Assembly: GCA_022813965.1 (NCBI GenBank)
Contig: JALDZS010000055.1
Coordinates: 62,001 to 126,000 of the forward strand
DNA: 64,000 bases
Reading direction: 5' to 3'
Origin: Toensbergia leucococca
Lineage: Eukaryota
This document shows positions 1 through 12,287 of this stretch, piece by piece (positions within the stretch are counted from its first letter, which is position 1; each line of letters starts with the position of its first letter). The notes under the pieces are model-generated. The model did not search any database. It was not told the DNA's origin and was given only the letters and a program-made list of their open reading frames with translations. A program made the position numbers and the translations under genes.

Positions 1-498
1 ACTGGGAGGGTCCTATCATTCTGAAAGGTATTCAAACAGTGGCGGATGCCAAGAAAGCTGTTGAGGTAGGCGTCCAGGGGATTGTGGTGTCTAATCATGG
101 CGGAAGGCAGCTGGATGGCAGTGTGGCTTCGCTAGATCAGCTACCCAAGATTGTTGATGCGGTGGGGAAAGATCTAGAAATCATCTTTGACTCTGGGATT
201 CGATGTGGGGCAGGTAAGCTTTTGTTCTCAACCTTCTTCTGTAGAATGTGAAAAGCGTATAAAAGAGCGGAAGTATCTGACGAGACCATCCGCAGATATC
301 GTAAAAGCCCTCGCTCTTGGAGCCAAGATGGTCTTGATTGGCCGACCTTATATATACGGACTTGCACTTGCAGGAGAGGGTGGGGTGAGTCATGTGATAC
401 GGGCCTTACTCGGCGAGTTGGATCTCACCCTTCATCTCGCCGGTATCCCATCAGTCTCAAGAAGCGATCTTAACCGCGACGTTCTCGTAAGAGAGTAG
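1..498 (+). CDS. FMN-dependent alpha-hydroxy acid dehydrogenase / lactate 2-monooxygenase family, 3' part (5' end outside window)
   Basis: Motifs [31 protein letters not shown] and [21 protein letters not shown] intron 214..295; stop TAG 496-498. Confidence 0.9.
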
Positions 499-960
499 TG
501 AAAGATAAGGAGAGGAGTTCGAAGCCTGTACTTCCGTAATCCTGTACAACATACTTCCTAGATAGATAAGACATGATATGCGAGTCTTCAAGGACAGCTC
601 TACATACTACTTTTCCAATCCACGTTCAAGATTGAAAGCTTTTGATAGTACTCTGTAGGGTGGCTCGAGTGGTACGGGTAAACTCGAGCCGAAGTGAAAC
701 CTGATTGGAACTAGTGTCCGAGGCTAGCGATTTACCGACCTCCTACTTCCCCGCGTGCGCCATGTCGATCATCGGCCTCGAAGCAAGAGTCTGGAATCTT
801 GCTGTCGCTTTCTCACCGCCAATGTCTTTGCAGCGCCACCATCGACCTCAACAATCATCCAACATTACCAGACTAGCAATGATAAACGTAAGACCACCAT
901 CGCCGAGATCTGGTCTCCTACTTTTCCCTTGAGATCACCAGCTACATTGCTCGCGCCATC

Positions 961-3425
961 ATGTCTAAACTATCTGAACTTTTGAATCCAGTCCCGCGCT
1001 CGAATCTTCCGACACCAGCTCACCACGTTCGGACACCAAGCGCAGACGATGGAGATGATTCCTCAATAGTCCAACAGTCTGTTTATGTTCAGGCCACACC
1101 TGGCATGCATCTCAATTCTCCTCTAGACGCTCTAGCTGCTGTCGCAACTAGCAGCGCGCCCTTCACATCACCTTCACAAGAAGCCGGTACTTCCTTTCGG
1201 TCATCCGAACCTCACCACCGAAATTACGCAAATCCCTTGTCACGACCTTCGTCTAGTCACTTTTCGCCACCGCTTCCCTCCGGTCCTCAGTTCTCACCTG
1301 GCCTCGAACAATATCATCATACTTCACACCGCGATTCTGGACCTAGGAAGTTGTCCGAGATTGCAGATACTACATCACGAGAACTTCCTCCATTGCGACG
1401 ATCTCTAGCGGAGGAAAGCAGTTCGCCTACAATGCCTCTTTTAGGCGGGCAATCAATTGACGAGAGCCATAAATGGCAGGATTCTGGAGATCGGGTCGAA
1501 GTTCCCGCAGCGCAAATGCATCATTCGGACTCCATTCAGGAGCCGGACTACGTGCGCAATGCACCAATGACCTCACAGATCCGACAGCCATCGTACAGTC
1601 CACATCCTACTCCTCCGCCTAAGAATAATCTCAAGACCGAAATTTTACAGCCAGAGGTGAAAACTGAGTTGGTGGAAGAGGCTCCCGAGCCCGTGGAAAT
1701 GACTTCACTTCACAAGCAAGAGAAGGACACCCCGGGTAAACCAACTGCCGAGTCTAATCTTACGGGAGTAGAGTTAGCCACTTCTAAAAACATATCAGAT
1801 TTAAGGTACGAAGAAAGTTTTAGAGCGTCCTCAATCGCCACCGAAGATTCAACTAGGACTCCATCCGTGAATTCGAAATCAGCACCATCCAAAAAAAGGG
1901 CTGCACCGAAATCGAAAAAAGGCACTGCAAGCGCAATTAGACCTGCACCAAAGAAGCGCAAATTAGACTCCCAGAGCGTTGATGGAACACCTTCTTTGCA
2001 GCATTCGAGGACCCCAACGTCAAGTCGTGCAAGCAAGACTCCAGCACCGCGAAACCGTAAAGTAGAATCCATGACGCCGTCGCGTAGCTCTTCCATAGCA
2101 AATTTTGACGATACCAATGAGGGCGAAGAAGACGAAGACATGGAAGATGACGCAGAGCTCTTTTGTATATGTCGCAAGCCCGACGACCATACTTGGATGA
2201 TTGGATGTGATGCAGGATGCGACGATTGGTTTCATGGGAGATGTGTCAATATGAACGAGAGGGACGGCAATTTGGTTGATAAATACATCTGTACGTGCCA
2301 TGAACGCTCTCTTTGAATTTTTCCTGTCATAAGCTTTTCGAATCAAGCTCGGAAATGCAACATCTTCCTGTCAAGACAAGAACTAATCAGAGTTGGTTGC
2401 TCGATGCAGGTCCGAATTGCGAAGAAAAAGGCAATGGCCAAACCACCTGGAAGCCAATGTGTCGTTTACAAGGCTGCCGCGATCCTGCCCGTGTTAATGA
2501 CGCAGGCGCCAAACGTTCGAAATACTGCAGTGATGCTCATGGCGAGGAATTTATGAGAAGACATGCGCTGAAAGGGGAATCGCCCGCGAAAGAGAAGATG
2601 AACGGAACAAGCAGTGGCAGTAATAGCAGAAAGAGGAGAAGAGACAACTTTACCGATAACGTTGGGAACGAGGAAGATGATGTCATGATACAGCAGGCGG
2701 CTACGCTTTCCCACGGTGTGGATGGTGAAGACGACGAAGCGTACCTCCGTGGTGGTGTATTGCGAGCGGCAGAGCTGAAGACGCTAGCGAACGGTGTCAA
2801 GGACATTGCCGATTTCCGGAAGTTGGGCGAAGGGGTGTTGAGCCCGCCGCGGACGGTCAGTCCCGAGGATGGAAACGTCAAGGATGGCGTATCGTTTTCC
2901 GTCGACGAAAGCCGCTTGCTGGAGACCATTGCGGAGAAGAAGGAGAGTTTAAAAAAGCGAAGGGCGTTGCTGGATGATCGCGAGAGGCTTTTGGTGCTGG
3001 TGAAGGCGCGGGCGAAGAGCTTGCTCGAGGACTTGAAGAAGAAGGAGGGGTTGAAGGATCTTTGCGGCTTCGATGCGCGGCTGGTTTGGTCGGACGAGGA
3101 ACTCGATCATTGGCGCCAGTCGAGCGAGGGCTTGAAAGCTATGGATACCGGCGTGTTGGGCCCGCCGCCTCCGGCGACTGCGGCAACGGCTGCTGCCGAT
3201 GGGGGGTTGGAGGAGGGGAAGGCGGAAGATGGGGAGGAGGGAGAAGAGGAGCGCGGAATCTGTCGCAAGAAGCGGTGCGAGCGGCACAAGACGTGGTGGA
3301 AGTTGCAGGCGCAGGATATTGCGTTTGAGAGGGATGGGTTGAGGGGTGAGGGCAGGCGCTTGGAGGGGGAGGAGAAGGGCGTGCGGGATCGAGCTATGAT
3401 TCGCCATCTGGAGGGGGCGGGGTGA
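961..3425 (+). CDS. SPP1: PHD-finger protein, COMPASS/Set1C subunit Spp1-like
   Basis: PHD finger LFCICRKPDDHTWMIGCDAGCDDWFHGRCV...YICPNC, joined across intron 2291..2409; then CRLQGCRDPAR..SKYCSDAHG, a coiled coil, LCGFD and C-terminal ICRKKRCERH, which matches fungal Spp1 architecture. Confidence 0.8.
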
Positions 3426-3940
3426 GTGAGTGAGCAAAGGGGGGGGGGAGGTTTTTCCGATTTTTTTTTTTACCTCTTTTTTTTTTTTTTGAGGTTTGTG
3501 GCTTTTTTTGCTTGAGGCGCTACTGAGTTTGGCGATGAGCTCTTTTTGGGGGGGGAGTTGGAAAAGTTGCATTGAGCGCTCTTGGCGCCGCTGCCTTTGT
3601 TGTTCTATTTTACGTCGGATGGATCATACCCCCACCCCCCTTTTTTTTTGGCTTCTAGCGAGGTTTTTTCTTAAATGGGTCTACGTACGGGGTTTCAGGG
3701 ACTTGACTTGGCTTGCACTCATAATAGCTTTCCTTCCTTTTATGCAGTTTTGGGCTGGCTGGGAGCTTCTCTTCACCCCTCCCTTGGTGATGCATTTTTT
3801 TTCTTGATGTGAGAGCAAGAGCAGAGCAGAGCAAGATTGTTGCAAATGTATCTTTGGTTGAGAGAGCGCTCCCTGCCCCTTGATTGGTGAAGCTGATGGA
3901 TTTTGGTGCATATTTTGGCTACGTACATATGTGTGCTCTG

Positions 3941-4025
3941 TTGGCTCGGTTGGTCGGTTGGTCGGTTGGTCGGTTGGTCGATTGGTAGGATGGTAGGTTG
4001 GTAGGCTGGTGAATTGGTCGGTTGA
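3941..4025. repeat. Degenerate (GGTT/GGTC)n tetranucleotide microsatellite
   Basis: ttggctcggttggtcggttggtcggttggtcggttggtcgattggtagg... read directly. Confidence 0.7.
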
Positions 4026-4618
4026 TCAATTAATAGGTTATGTAGGTTTGCTAGGGAACAGACCTCCAAAGCGGTTTCGCATGCGGGATGAAAGTCTTTT
4101 GTCGTGTTCTCGATTGCCAAGATTGGGCCATTTTGTGACGGAAGGGCTCTTAGAAGGTGTGTTCTATTGCTTGACCGGGGATTGGATTTGATTGGATAGG
4201 CAGAATGTCCCGTTGGATACGTAGGCTGAGGGATGTGTGGGACGTTTTTGGGGGTACGAGATGGAGGGGTTGTATGCGTTCTGTTTGAGGTACCTTAGTT
4301 GGGTATGGGTATGCCTCTGGAGACGGGGTGAGGGAGGGATGTGGATTTTTTGAGGGATGTTTTAGGGGGAAGTTTGTTCACTGTTGCTGGAATATCATTG
4401 GCCTTGGAGAGTGATGATGTATAGGCTCATGAATATACTGATACCCCGCTTTTCATCATTCTTTTATTGTTTTCGTTTTTTCTTTTCCAGAAAAGTTTGG
4501 GGAGATGGAGGATTTGTTTTTACGGAATTTGGAGGGGAGGATGCTTTGTGGATGAGACGGGTCTAAGATGAACCAGTCTATTCTGGAACCAAAGCCAAGC
4601 TTAACCACTCAAAAAACC

Positions 4619-6216
4619 TCAAACCCTCCGCTTCTTTGCCTGAGAAGGCCCCCTTTCGGCCTTCTCCCTCTCCAGGCGCTCTCTGGTCCCGCTACAAACT
4701 TTCCTAATCTTGACCTTGCGTGTCAGCGTCCCCCAATCCAACACGTTGTCGATATCGTGGCGTAGGTCTTTGAGAGAAGCAAGAGCTCTGGGACCGCAGA
4801 AATTGTAACTGTTCACGCAATTCATGTGATATGAGACCTTCTCTTCGCCGACATCTGCCCAGTGGACCCACAAGGTAGCTAGGTCTGGCGTCAAGGCTAG
4901 AGAAAATGCAATCGAGCGAAGATCTGCACCAATTTGAGCCTCCTCCTCCACATCCTTCATGACCGAGTCGTTGAAATTTCTGGTGGCAAATACCATGGCC
5001 GCTCCGCTGGGAGCAGCCTGGAGCGTCGCGTCAACGAGAGAGCCTTCCACATTCTTGGCTTCTATCACAAAGAAAACATGGTACAGTTCCGATGACAGGC
5101 TAGTGAAATTGGAGAGATATGCATTGATCTCTTGGTCATCATTGTCAAATGCGCTTTTAAAAAGACCAAAAGCCAAATCTGGCTTTGGGTTCTTGACCCG
5201 CTGCTCAAGCATGCATAGAATAGAGTTCGATGATGGATCCGTTTTCAGCTGTGGCACAGAAGCACTATTGAACGGGCCATTCCAATTGGAGTCCAGATGA
5301 TCTTTTCCCCAAGCTTGACTGATCCATTTTGCAGCGGTCTGGCTTGTCTCTGAGTCATCTCCATCTCCCTCGGAGGGAAGGGGAGCCTTGACCTGGCGAT
5401 CTAACTGAATGATCTCCGTCATGAAGTTAATAACAAAGGTGTTCTCCGGCCGATATTGATACTTTGACCGAACCCCTTTAGCCTGTTGTGCTGATTCATC
5501 ACTCATTTCACTGCCCCGTGGAGTCAGGACGATCTCGTTGGCAAGCTCCATGACCTGAGGGTTTCGAAGTATAGCGGCCTCGTCATCGCTGAAGATGTTG
5601 TTGTTATTTAGGAGTATTTGTACCTGGGCGAGATTCTTCGGACTCGTCAAGTTTGAAGCAGATTTGAGGGAATTAGAGTTGGTAGGCTGCGCTGTCGAGG
5701 CAATGGGAGTATGAGGGGCCATATCGTTTCCAAGGACCAGGCGTAAGTTCTCCTTGGTAAGAGGCAAAGACGGGCCAATGGAGACTGAGGTGAGATTTGA
5801 TGTTATGAAACTTTGATCTTCTCCGGGAAGGTTTTCTTCAGAATGATTGAATGATGTGTGTGTCTCAGACTTCAAGGGTATCTGTGACTTTGGTTAACAT
5901 TTTATTGTCGCAAGAGAAGAAGCTCGTGCTAGATTCCTAGAAGCTTGTTAAGATGCCTCTCTCAAATCATACGTACCTCGGATGGCTCAGATGTTTTCCC
6001 TGTCCTTCTTGCTCTCTTGTGACTTGTCGGAGAAGAGGTTGAGAAAAAGGTAGTCTGGGTAAATGATTCTAGTCAGTTCAAACGTAGCTTCTGTAACTTG
6101 AGACTCAAAAGACAATGTACCTCATTGGAAGAATCACGCTTCCTCTTGTGCGGCTGTGGAGAAGTAGCAGTGAGCAAGGGTAAGGGTGGGAGGTTTAGGC
6201 CTGGAGGCATCTCCAT
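4619..6216 (-). CDS. Fungal hypothetical protein with PD-(D/E)XK restriction-endonuclease-like C-terminal domain (DUF7924-type)
   Basis: 418-aa ORF 4619..5875 with PKPDLAFG...FFVIEAK...ATLQAA..GAAMV and LWVHW motifs; probable short upstream exons from ATG 6216 (MEMPPGLNLPPLP...KRKR) with GTACAT/GTACGT donors; start uncertain. Confidence 0.6.
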
Positions 6217-6694
6217 GATGATGCTCGAGATGCAGTGAAGGGTGATTCACTCTTCCTCTTCATGTCTCAACGATGTGTAATGAAGATGATCGAAACACAA
6301 CTGTGAAATGATGAGAGAGGAGGTTGGTCAATGCACATCAATTCGTGCATAAACATTTTTGGCCCCTACACCCTTTCAACAATCTTACACCACCTTTGAA
6401 TCATCTCAGTCAGGCAATCAGAGGCATGACGGTTCTGACCGAAGAAGGAATATGAAGCGGGGGAGTAATCCAAAATCCATGTTTCGCAGCATTCCATTCT
6501 TTGAACGCGATATCAGATCTAGTGATGGCCTCTGTCCATAATGGATAAGATCAGATTTAATGCAAATGGCATACCCCAGCGAGGCTTCCTCAGGGACACA
6601 TATTATCTGAATATTTTACTGAGAATTATCACTGTTACTGAGGTGTTTTCATGATTACCAGTATTTATCATTACCTAGTGGGTATTGATATCTA

Positions 6695-7220
6695 ACCGGA
6701 CACCCCCTTTTGATACCCCCACCCCTCGGGCGTAAAATCACCGAGGGGAATTTCATCATTCTGCGCCACATTTTGCCTCAATCTCCTCACCACATTTGCA
6801 TGCTTTCTACCTCTTGATTCGTATGCCGTTCAAAAGTAGTAACACCTGGGGAATCTATGTGGGTATGCACCCAAATCTGAATCAATTTCACACCCCAGCA
6901 TCTTACCTACTCACCTACCTACTTACCCACATCATCGCCTCCCTATCCATCGGCGTGTCTAGTCACCTCACTTCACCATCCATCTCCTGATCCATCTCTT
7001 ACATAAAAATTACAACGTTTTGCGCCCGGGGGCGGGGAAATTGAGTCAGAATGTAGTACAAAAGCATGGTTTTTCTCCTAGGTAAAAAGCCTCGCAAATA
7101 ACACGCGAATCATGAGGTATATGGCATGCAAAAGTGGTGGGGAAATCGAGGCAAAATGTGGTGCAAAATGATGAAATTCCCCTCGGTGATCTTGCGCCCG
7201 AGTGGGGGTCCAGGTATCAA
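6695..7220. mobile_element. Non-autonomous foldback/MITE-like element, copy 1
   Basis: ~115-bp imperfect inverted arms 6710..6823 / 7105..7220 (atcaccgaggggaatttcatcatt vs aatgatgaaattcccctcggtgat); no ORF; homologous to 50966..51390. Confidence 0.7.
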
Positions 7221-7463
7221 TAGAATACTCAAACGCTTAAGTATTCAGGTAATTTTGCAGGTAATATATGACAAAAAATGTGTCTGTCCCGAAGTAACCC
7301 AGGTAGAGGATGAAGAGAACAACTAAATAAAATTCCGCTTGAAAGAAGGAGGAAGAAAGGGTGAGACAAACCTTCCGCACCCAAAGCATTCATTCAATTA
7401 CCCAATCGCTCAACCAACCACAAAAGCCCCGCATCTGACTTTACCAAAGAAAACAAAAAAACC

Positions 7464-8933
7464 CTATCCCCCTACTTTTCTCCCCCACCCCCGATCCCCA
7501 AACCCCTCAAAAACCCTCGGCAGCAACACCTCCCCCTCCCCCAACCCAATCCCCAACCCAACCCCCACCGCCCCCTCTCCCGCCGTCGTCGTCGTCCCCA
7601 ACCCCCTCCCTTCCCCCTCCCGACTCGAATACACAGATTCCGAAACCGGACTCGTTGCCGTTGTGAGATGATGATGATGAGGAGTGGGAGCGCGAACATA
7701 ACGATCCTCAGCCCCCCCCCCAGACAGCGGGCGCGAATCCCACCTCTGCGGCCTGGGCGCCTGGAAGGTTTCGCGGTGGTGGTAGTGGTGGGGTGGCTTT
7801 TGGGGATGTGGGGTTGTGGGGGTTGTTGTTGTTGTTGAGGGGTGGGGTTTTGGGGTAGAGGTGGGGAGAGGGGGGGAGATGAGGGTGTGGGTTGAGGGGG
7901 AGATTGTGAAGTAGTAGTCCAAGTGTGAGGGGAGCGGGGAGGAGGTTGTTGTTGTTGTTGGGGTGCTGGTAGGAAGAGGGCGGGTTTGTGGGGGTGTTTG
8001 GGTTTCGTGGGGGAAGAGCGGGATGGTGGGTGTTGGGCCTGTGGAGGGGGCGCGAGGTTGGGGCTTGGGAGGAGGACGGAAGAGAGGGGAGCGGGTGGAT
8101 GGGTTGTGTCGAGTCGCGGTTGCTGGGGTTGTGGTGGTGGGGAGAGGTCCGAAGGCGGGGAAGAATGGGAGAGGCGGAAGCGGCTTCGGAGTCGCCATGT
8201 CGTCCTCTTCAGTCTCTGCCACTGCCGCGCTGACCTGCACATCTTCCCTCGCCTCAGCCTGCTCTTCGACTCTCCACTCGACTCCCTCCGGCCCAAACAG
8301 TACCCCAGCCGGTATCCCATTCAGACCCCATCTCCCACCCCCAGGCCTCTCAACCCTAGCCGCCATCCAATTCTTCTCGAAGAGCGCGGCGCGCCAATTC
8401 CACTCCACGCGCTCCTTTCGCAACACCCACTCGGCCTCGACGCCCCACGCCCTCGTGCGCTCGTTGCTCCAGACCGCATACCGAACCTCTTCGACTCCCA
8501 ACCTCTCAAACAGAGCCAGACATCTTTTGAAGGCTTTGCCCGCGCCGCGGAATTCCTGGAGCTGGAAGCGCGCGATGCCTAGGGCGTAGTGGGTGAGTGG
8601 GGAGGTAGGGAAGAGGGAGGATGCTTTTGCGAAGGCTTCGCGGGCGAGGAAGTGTTCGCCGAGGAGAGCGCGGGTAGCGCCGATGTTGTACCACAGGTTT
8701 GAGGTTTCATGGGCTGGGAGGATGGGGGTGGATTGGAGGTGGCGGAGAAGACGTTTCAGGATTTGGAGGGAGGATTCGAAGGTGAGGTGTGAGTAGAGGG
8801 TTAGGGACTGGAGCCAGAGTTGGTGGATTTGGGGAAGGGTTAGGGGGATTGGGATATGGGTTGGTGGGGGGGCGTTGGGTGGAGAGATATCGTGATGGTT
8901 GGAGAAGCGGACAATTTGTTGGTGTTGGGCCAT
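7464..8933 (-). CDS. TPR protein with NoxR/p67phox-like N-terminal domain and Pro/Thr-rich tail
   Basis: Intronless 489-aa ORF; SNLWYNIGATRALLGEHFLAREAFAKA and HYALGIARFQLQEF resemble the NoxR TPR helices (SKILFNCGVIHATLGEHEKAVECYQRA). Confidence 0.55.
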   Translation of the reverse strand: MAQHQQIVRFSNHHDISPPNAPPPTHIPIPLTLPQIHQLWLQSLTLYSHLTFESSLQILKRLLRHLQSTPILPAHETSNLWYNIGATRALLGEHFLAREAFAKASSLFPTSPLTHYALGIARFQLQEFRGAGKAFKRCLALFERLGVEEVRYAVWSNERTRAWGVEAEWVLRKERVEWNWRAALFEKNWMAARVERPGGGRWGLNGIPAGVLFGPEGVEWRVEEQAEAREDVQVSAAVAETEEDDMATPKPLPPLPFFPAFGPLPTTTTPATATRHNPSTRSPLFRPPPKPQPRAPSTGPTPTIPLFPHETQTPPQTRPLPTSTPTTTTTSSPLPSHLDYYFTISPSTHTLISPPLPTSTPKPHPSTTTTTPTTPHPQKPPHHYHHRETFQAPRPQRWDSRPLSGGGAEDRYVRAPTPHHHHLTTATSPVSESVYSSREGEGRGLGTTTTAGEGAVGVGLGIGLGEGEVLLPRVFEGFGDRGWGRKVGG

Positions 8934-10242
8934 TTTGGGGATGAGATGATATGAGTGTTTACCTCAGAGTCGTTGTTGTGATGGAGGATGATGAGCTTCA
9001 GGCAGGTTGATGAAAGGAGGTGTGAGGGATTAAATTGTTCAGCTGACGCGGAGGATGGCGGCATTGAATATGGATGAGTAAAGGGAAAATTCACGGGTGT
9101 TGAAGGAGATAACACTAAAAGCATATGCCTCAGATTATAAAGGATGTTGAAACAGGTACTGGGTGTTGCGCTTTGAATGTCTAGTACAATGCTGACAGAA
9201 AAAGTAGCGGGGAGCATTGCTTGTATGCCTAATACTAGAAGCAGGCTTGAAGCATAATGGGTTGTGGCTTGTTGGGATTTTCCGGTGTTTTGCTCGAGGA
9301 TCTCCAGATGATTCAGATGAATGTACTCGGAAAGTCACGGCATCTGACTGAAGATTGGATGCAGGTTATCATCTGTGGGCTTTCAGGTAATCTTACCTTT
9401 TTCCACACTCAACTCAATATCTCCAGCCTGTTCTCCTGCTTGAGGGAGGCTGTTATCGTTGAGTGTCACATGGCATTCAAAGCGGTGAAGAATCTCCGAG
9501 AGTCGTTTGTCTTCATGTATTGATGGCATCATTCACCGAGGACGAATAGCGGGGTTCATCAAGAAAGATTGCCTTTCACTTCAAGAGAGATACTTGCAGC
9601 TCTTGAAACCTGATGAGTCAGACGTTGAACTGACTGACAGATTGGAACATCTTCCAACCACAGTAACGGATGAGTACTACTCACCAAGCTTCATACTTCC
9701 AAGCTAAACGAGTGAGACTGAAAAGACCTACTTGCATTGCTCACACAATGAGACATCCATGTTGAGCATGATGTACAGAACACATAACATTCAACGCTGA
9801 TGCCAGCGAATAGAACGACAGTCCAGCCAGGCCCTGGGTAGGGATTGAGGAGGTGTCAGAAAAGCCATCGGGCATTTCCTCAAAGACTGAGTATCTCTCT
9901 GTCTTGTATAATTACAATCATGTGAGTGGACATGCGGTACACCATGCCCCTAATGAGCCAAGTAGACATGTTGCTGATCGTTGCATCCACTAAGTCCAGG
10001 GGGTATCAGATCCAAACAAAGAAAAAGGGTATGTTCTTCGGTCTTCTTTTCTTTGTGTAATTCCCATGGTAGAGTGGTTGTTCCACCTCCGTAGCTTTAA
10101 CGATATCGATAAGATCTGTAAGGGGTGATCGACTTAGCAAGTACATACACACACACCTTGTCAACATTGAACAACCTCTTTCTGGCTACCAAGTAGCCAA
10201 CGTTCTTTCATTCCTCTGTACCTTCGTTCTGTTCTTTTCAAC

Positions 10243-12287
10243 ATGCTGTCCACGTTCGTTACCGTCCTCCTGGCACTCACTGGCAATGCAACTGCTTCTA
10301 TTCATCACAAGAATTTCAGTCCACCACGCTTTACTCATGCGCAAGCGTCGTCAGAACTAGGAACCAATGCAAGCGTGTTTGCCCCCAATCTTACAACCTT
10401 TCAACAGCTCCTTGATCATGACAATCCAGATCTCGGAACTCTTTCACAGCGAGTTTGGTGGAGCCAACAATTTTGGGCTGGGCCAGGATCACCTATATGT
10501 GTCCTTATCCCCCATCAAAGGTAGATGGATTTGACCCTATCAGGTCGTCTTTTTTACCCCTGGTGAGCAAGATGCTTCTATTTATACCGGTTTTCTGAGC
10601 AATGCCACTATCGCTGGAGCTTATGCCCAAGCAATTGGCGGCGCCGTGGTAATGATGGAGCGTACGTCTGAAGCCACACCTCACCCACATAGTCTTTGCT
10701 AAGCCTACTTTGCAGATCGTTACTTTGGAGAATCGTCTCCATTTGAAAACCTGACGGCAAAGAACCTGCAATACTTGACTTTGCGTCAGTCCATCGCAGA
10801 CACAACTTATCTCGCCAAGTATCTAGCTTTGCCCTTCGATCCTACCAACAAGAGCCAAGCTTGCACCGCTGTAAGCTCTGAGTCTTGTACATTGCTGAAG
10901 ATGGCTGACCTTCTTGATTGTAGCCTTGGGTCTTCTCGGGTTGTTCCTATTCTGGGGCACTATCAGCGTGGACAGCATCAACTGACCCTGGTACATTCTG
11001 GGCCTATGCTTCAACAAGCGCGCCGGTCGAGGCAATCTACGATTTTGTAAATTCTTGTACTCCATGGAATTCCCGTAAAAGAAAAGCTAAATGGTTATAG
11101 TGGCAATATTACGTTCCTGTACGTCAAGGCATGCCGGCAAATTGCAGCAAGGATGTTTCTCGAGTGGTCCGACACGTTGATCATGTCTTGGAACGAGGAA
11201 ACCAAGCAGAGAAAACTGCTCTAAAAGGAAGCTTTGGCTTCGATGCTCTAGAAGACGACGATTTTGCTTAGTGCGACTCCCATTTTTAGTAAAATTGTAG
11301 CTGGCTGACATTTGAATTAAGCGTACTTGCATTCGGCCCTTTATCATGGCAGAACAACGACTTTTTCAGCGGATACTCGGATTTCTTTCAATTTTGCGAT
11401 TCTGTCGAGGTGAACCACTTTCTCACTATCTTACAACAGCCATTTCGCTGACCATTGCTTCACAGAATGCCGTGCCTAATGGCAACAGTTCCAATAGCAA
11501 CATCACAATCCCTGGCGAAAACGGCGTAGGACTCGAAAAGGCTCTCGTTGGCTATGCCTCTTGGCTTAACTCTAGTCCGAGTGTCATTCCAAATTGTGAC
11601 TTGTACTGCACCGACCCGCTTCAACCATTGCTGATTCATACAGACTGCGAAGGCTTCGGCTATAATGGCACTTACAACCTGGAATGCCTCGACACCCATA
11701 ATCCCGCCAATATCTTGTTCACTGACTACTCCGTTGGCAATATCGCAAGTAGACAATGGCAGTGGCTTCTGTGCAACGAATTTGCTTGGTGGGAAGAGTA
11801 AGGCTTCCTAAACTTCTTTTCCCTCCCTGCTTTTGATTCCAGCGCATAACAATCCTATAGTGGTGCACCCTTAGGTACGACAACCATTGTCTCCCGCCTC
11901 GTCTCTGCCGCCTACTGGCAACGTCAGTGCGCACTTTACTTTCCACCTGAAGACGGCTACACTTATGGCAGTGCGAAAGGGGAGACGGTCAACGACACTA
12001 ATGCCTATACCGGCGGCTGGAAGATCACCAACACAACCCGCTTGATCTGGACCAATGGACAGTACGACCCCTTCCGTGAAGCAAGCGTGTCGTCCAGCTA
12101 TCGCCCTAGAGGACCATTGGCGTCAACGGCCCAGGCACCGTTGCAGGTTATTCCTGGCGGATATCACTGCTCAGATCTGAGACTCGCGAATGCAGCGGCG
12201 AATGCAGGCGTGCAGTTGGTTGTTGATAACGAAGTGCAGCAGATCAAGGAGTGGGTCGACGAGCATTTTGGGAAAAACTCCAAGTGA
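10243..12287 (+). CDS. Secreted serine peptidase, family S28 (multi-exon; first splice donor aberrant)
   Basis: Signal peptide; FQQLLDHDNPDLGT, VVFFTPGE, EHRYFGESSP, PWVFSGCSYSGALSAW, RQWQWLLCNE, NGQYDPFR, GGYHCSDL; several short GT-AG introns. Confidence 0.85.
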
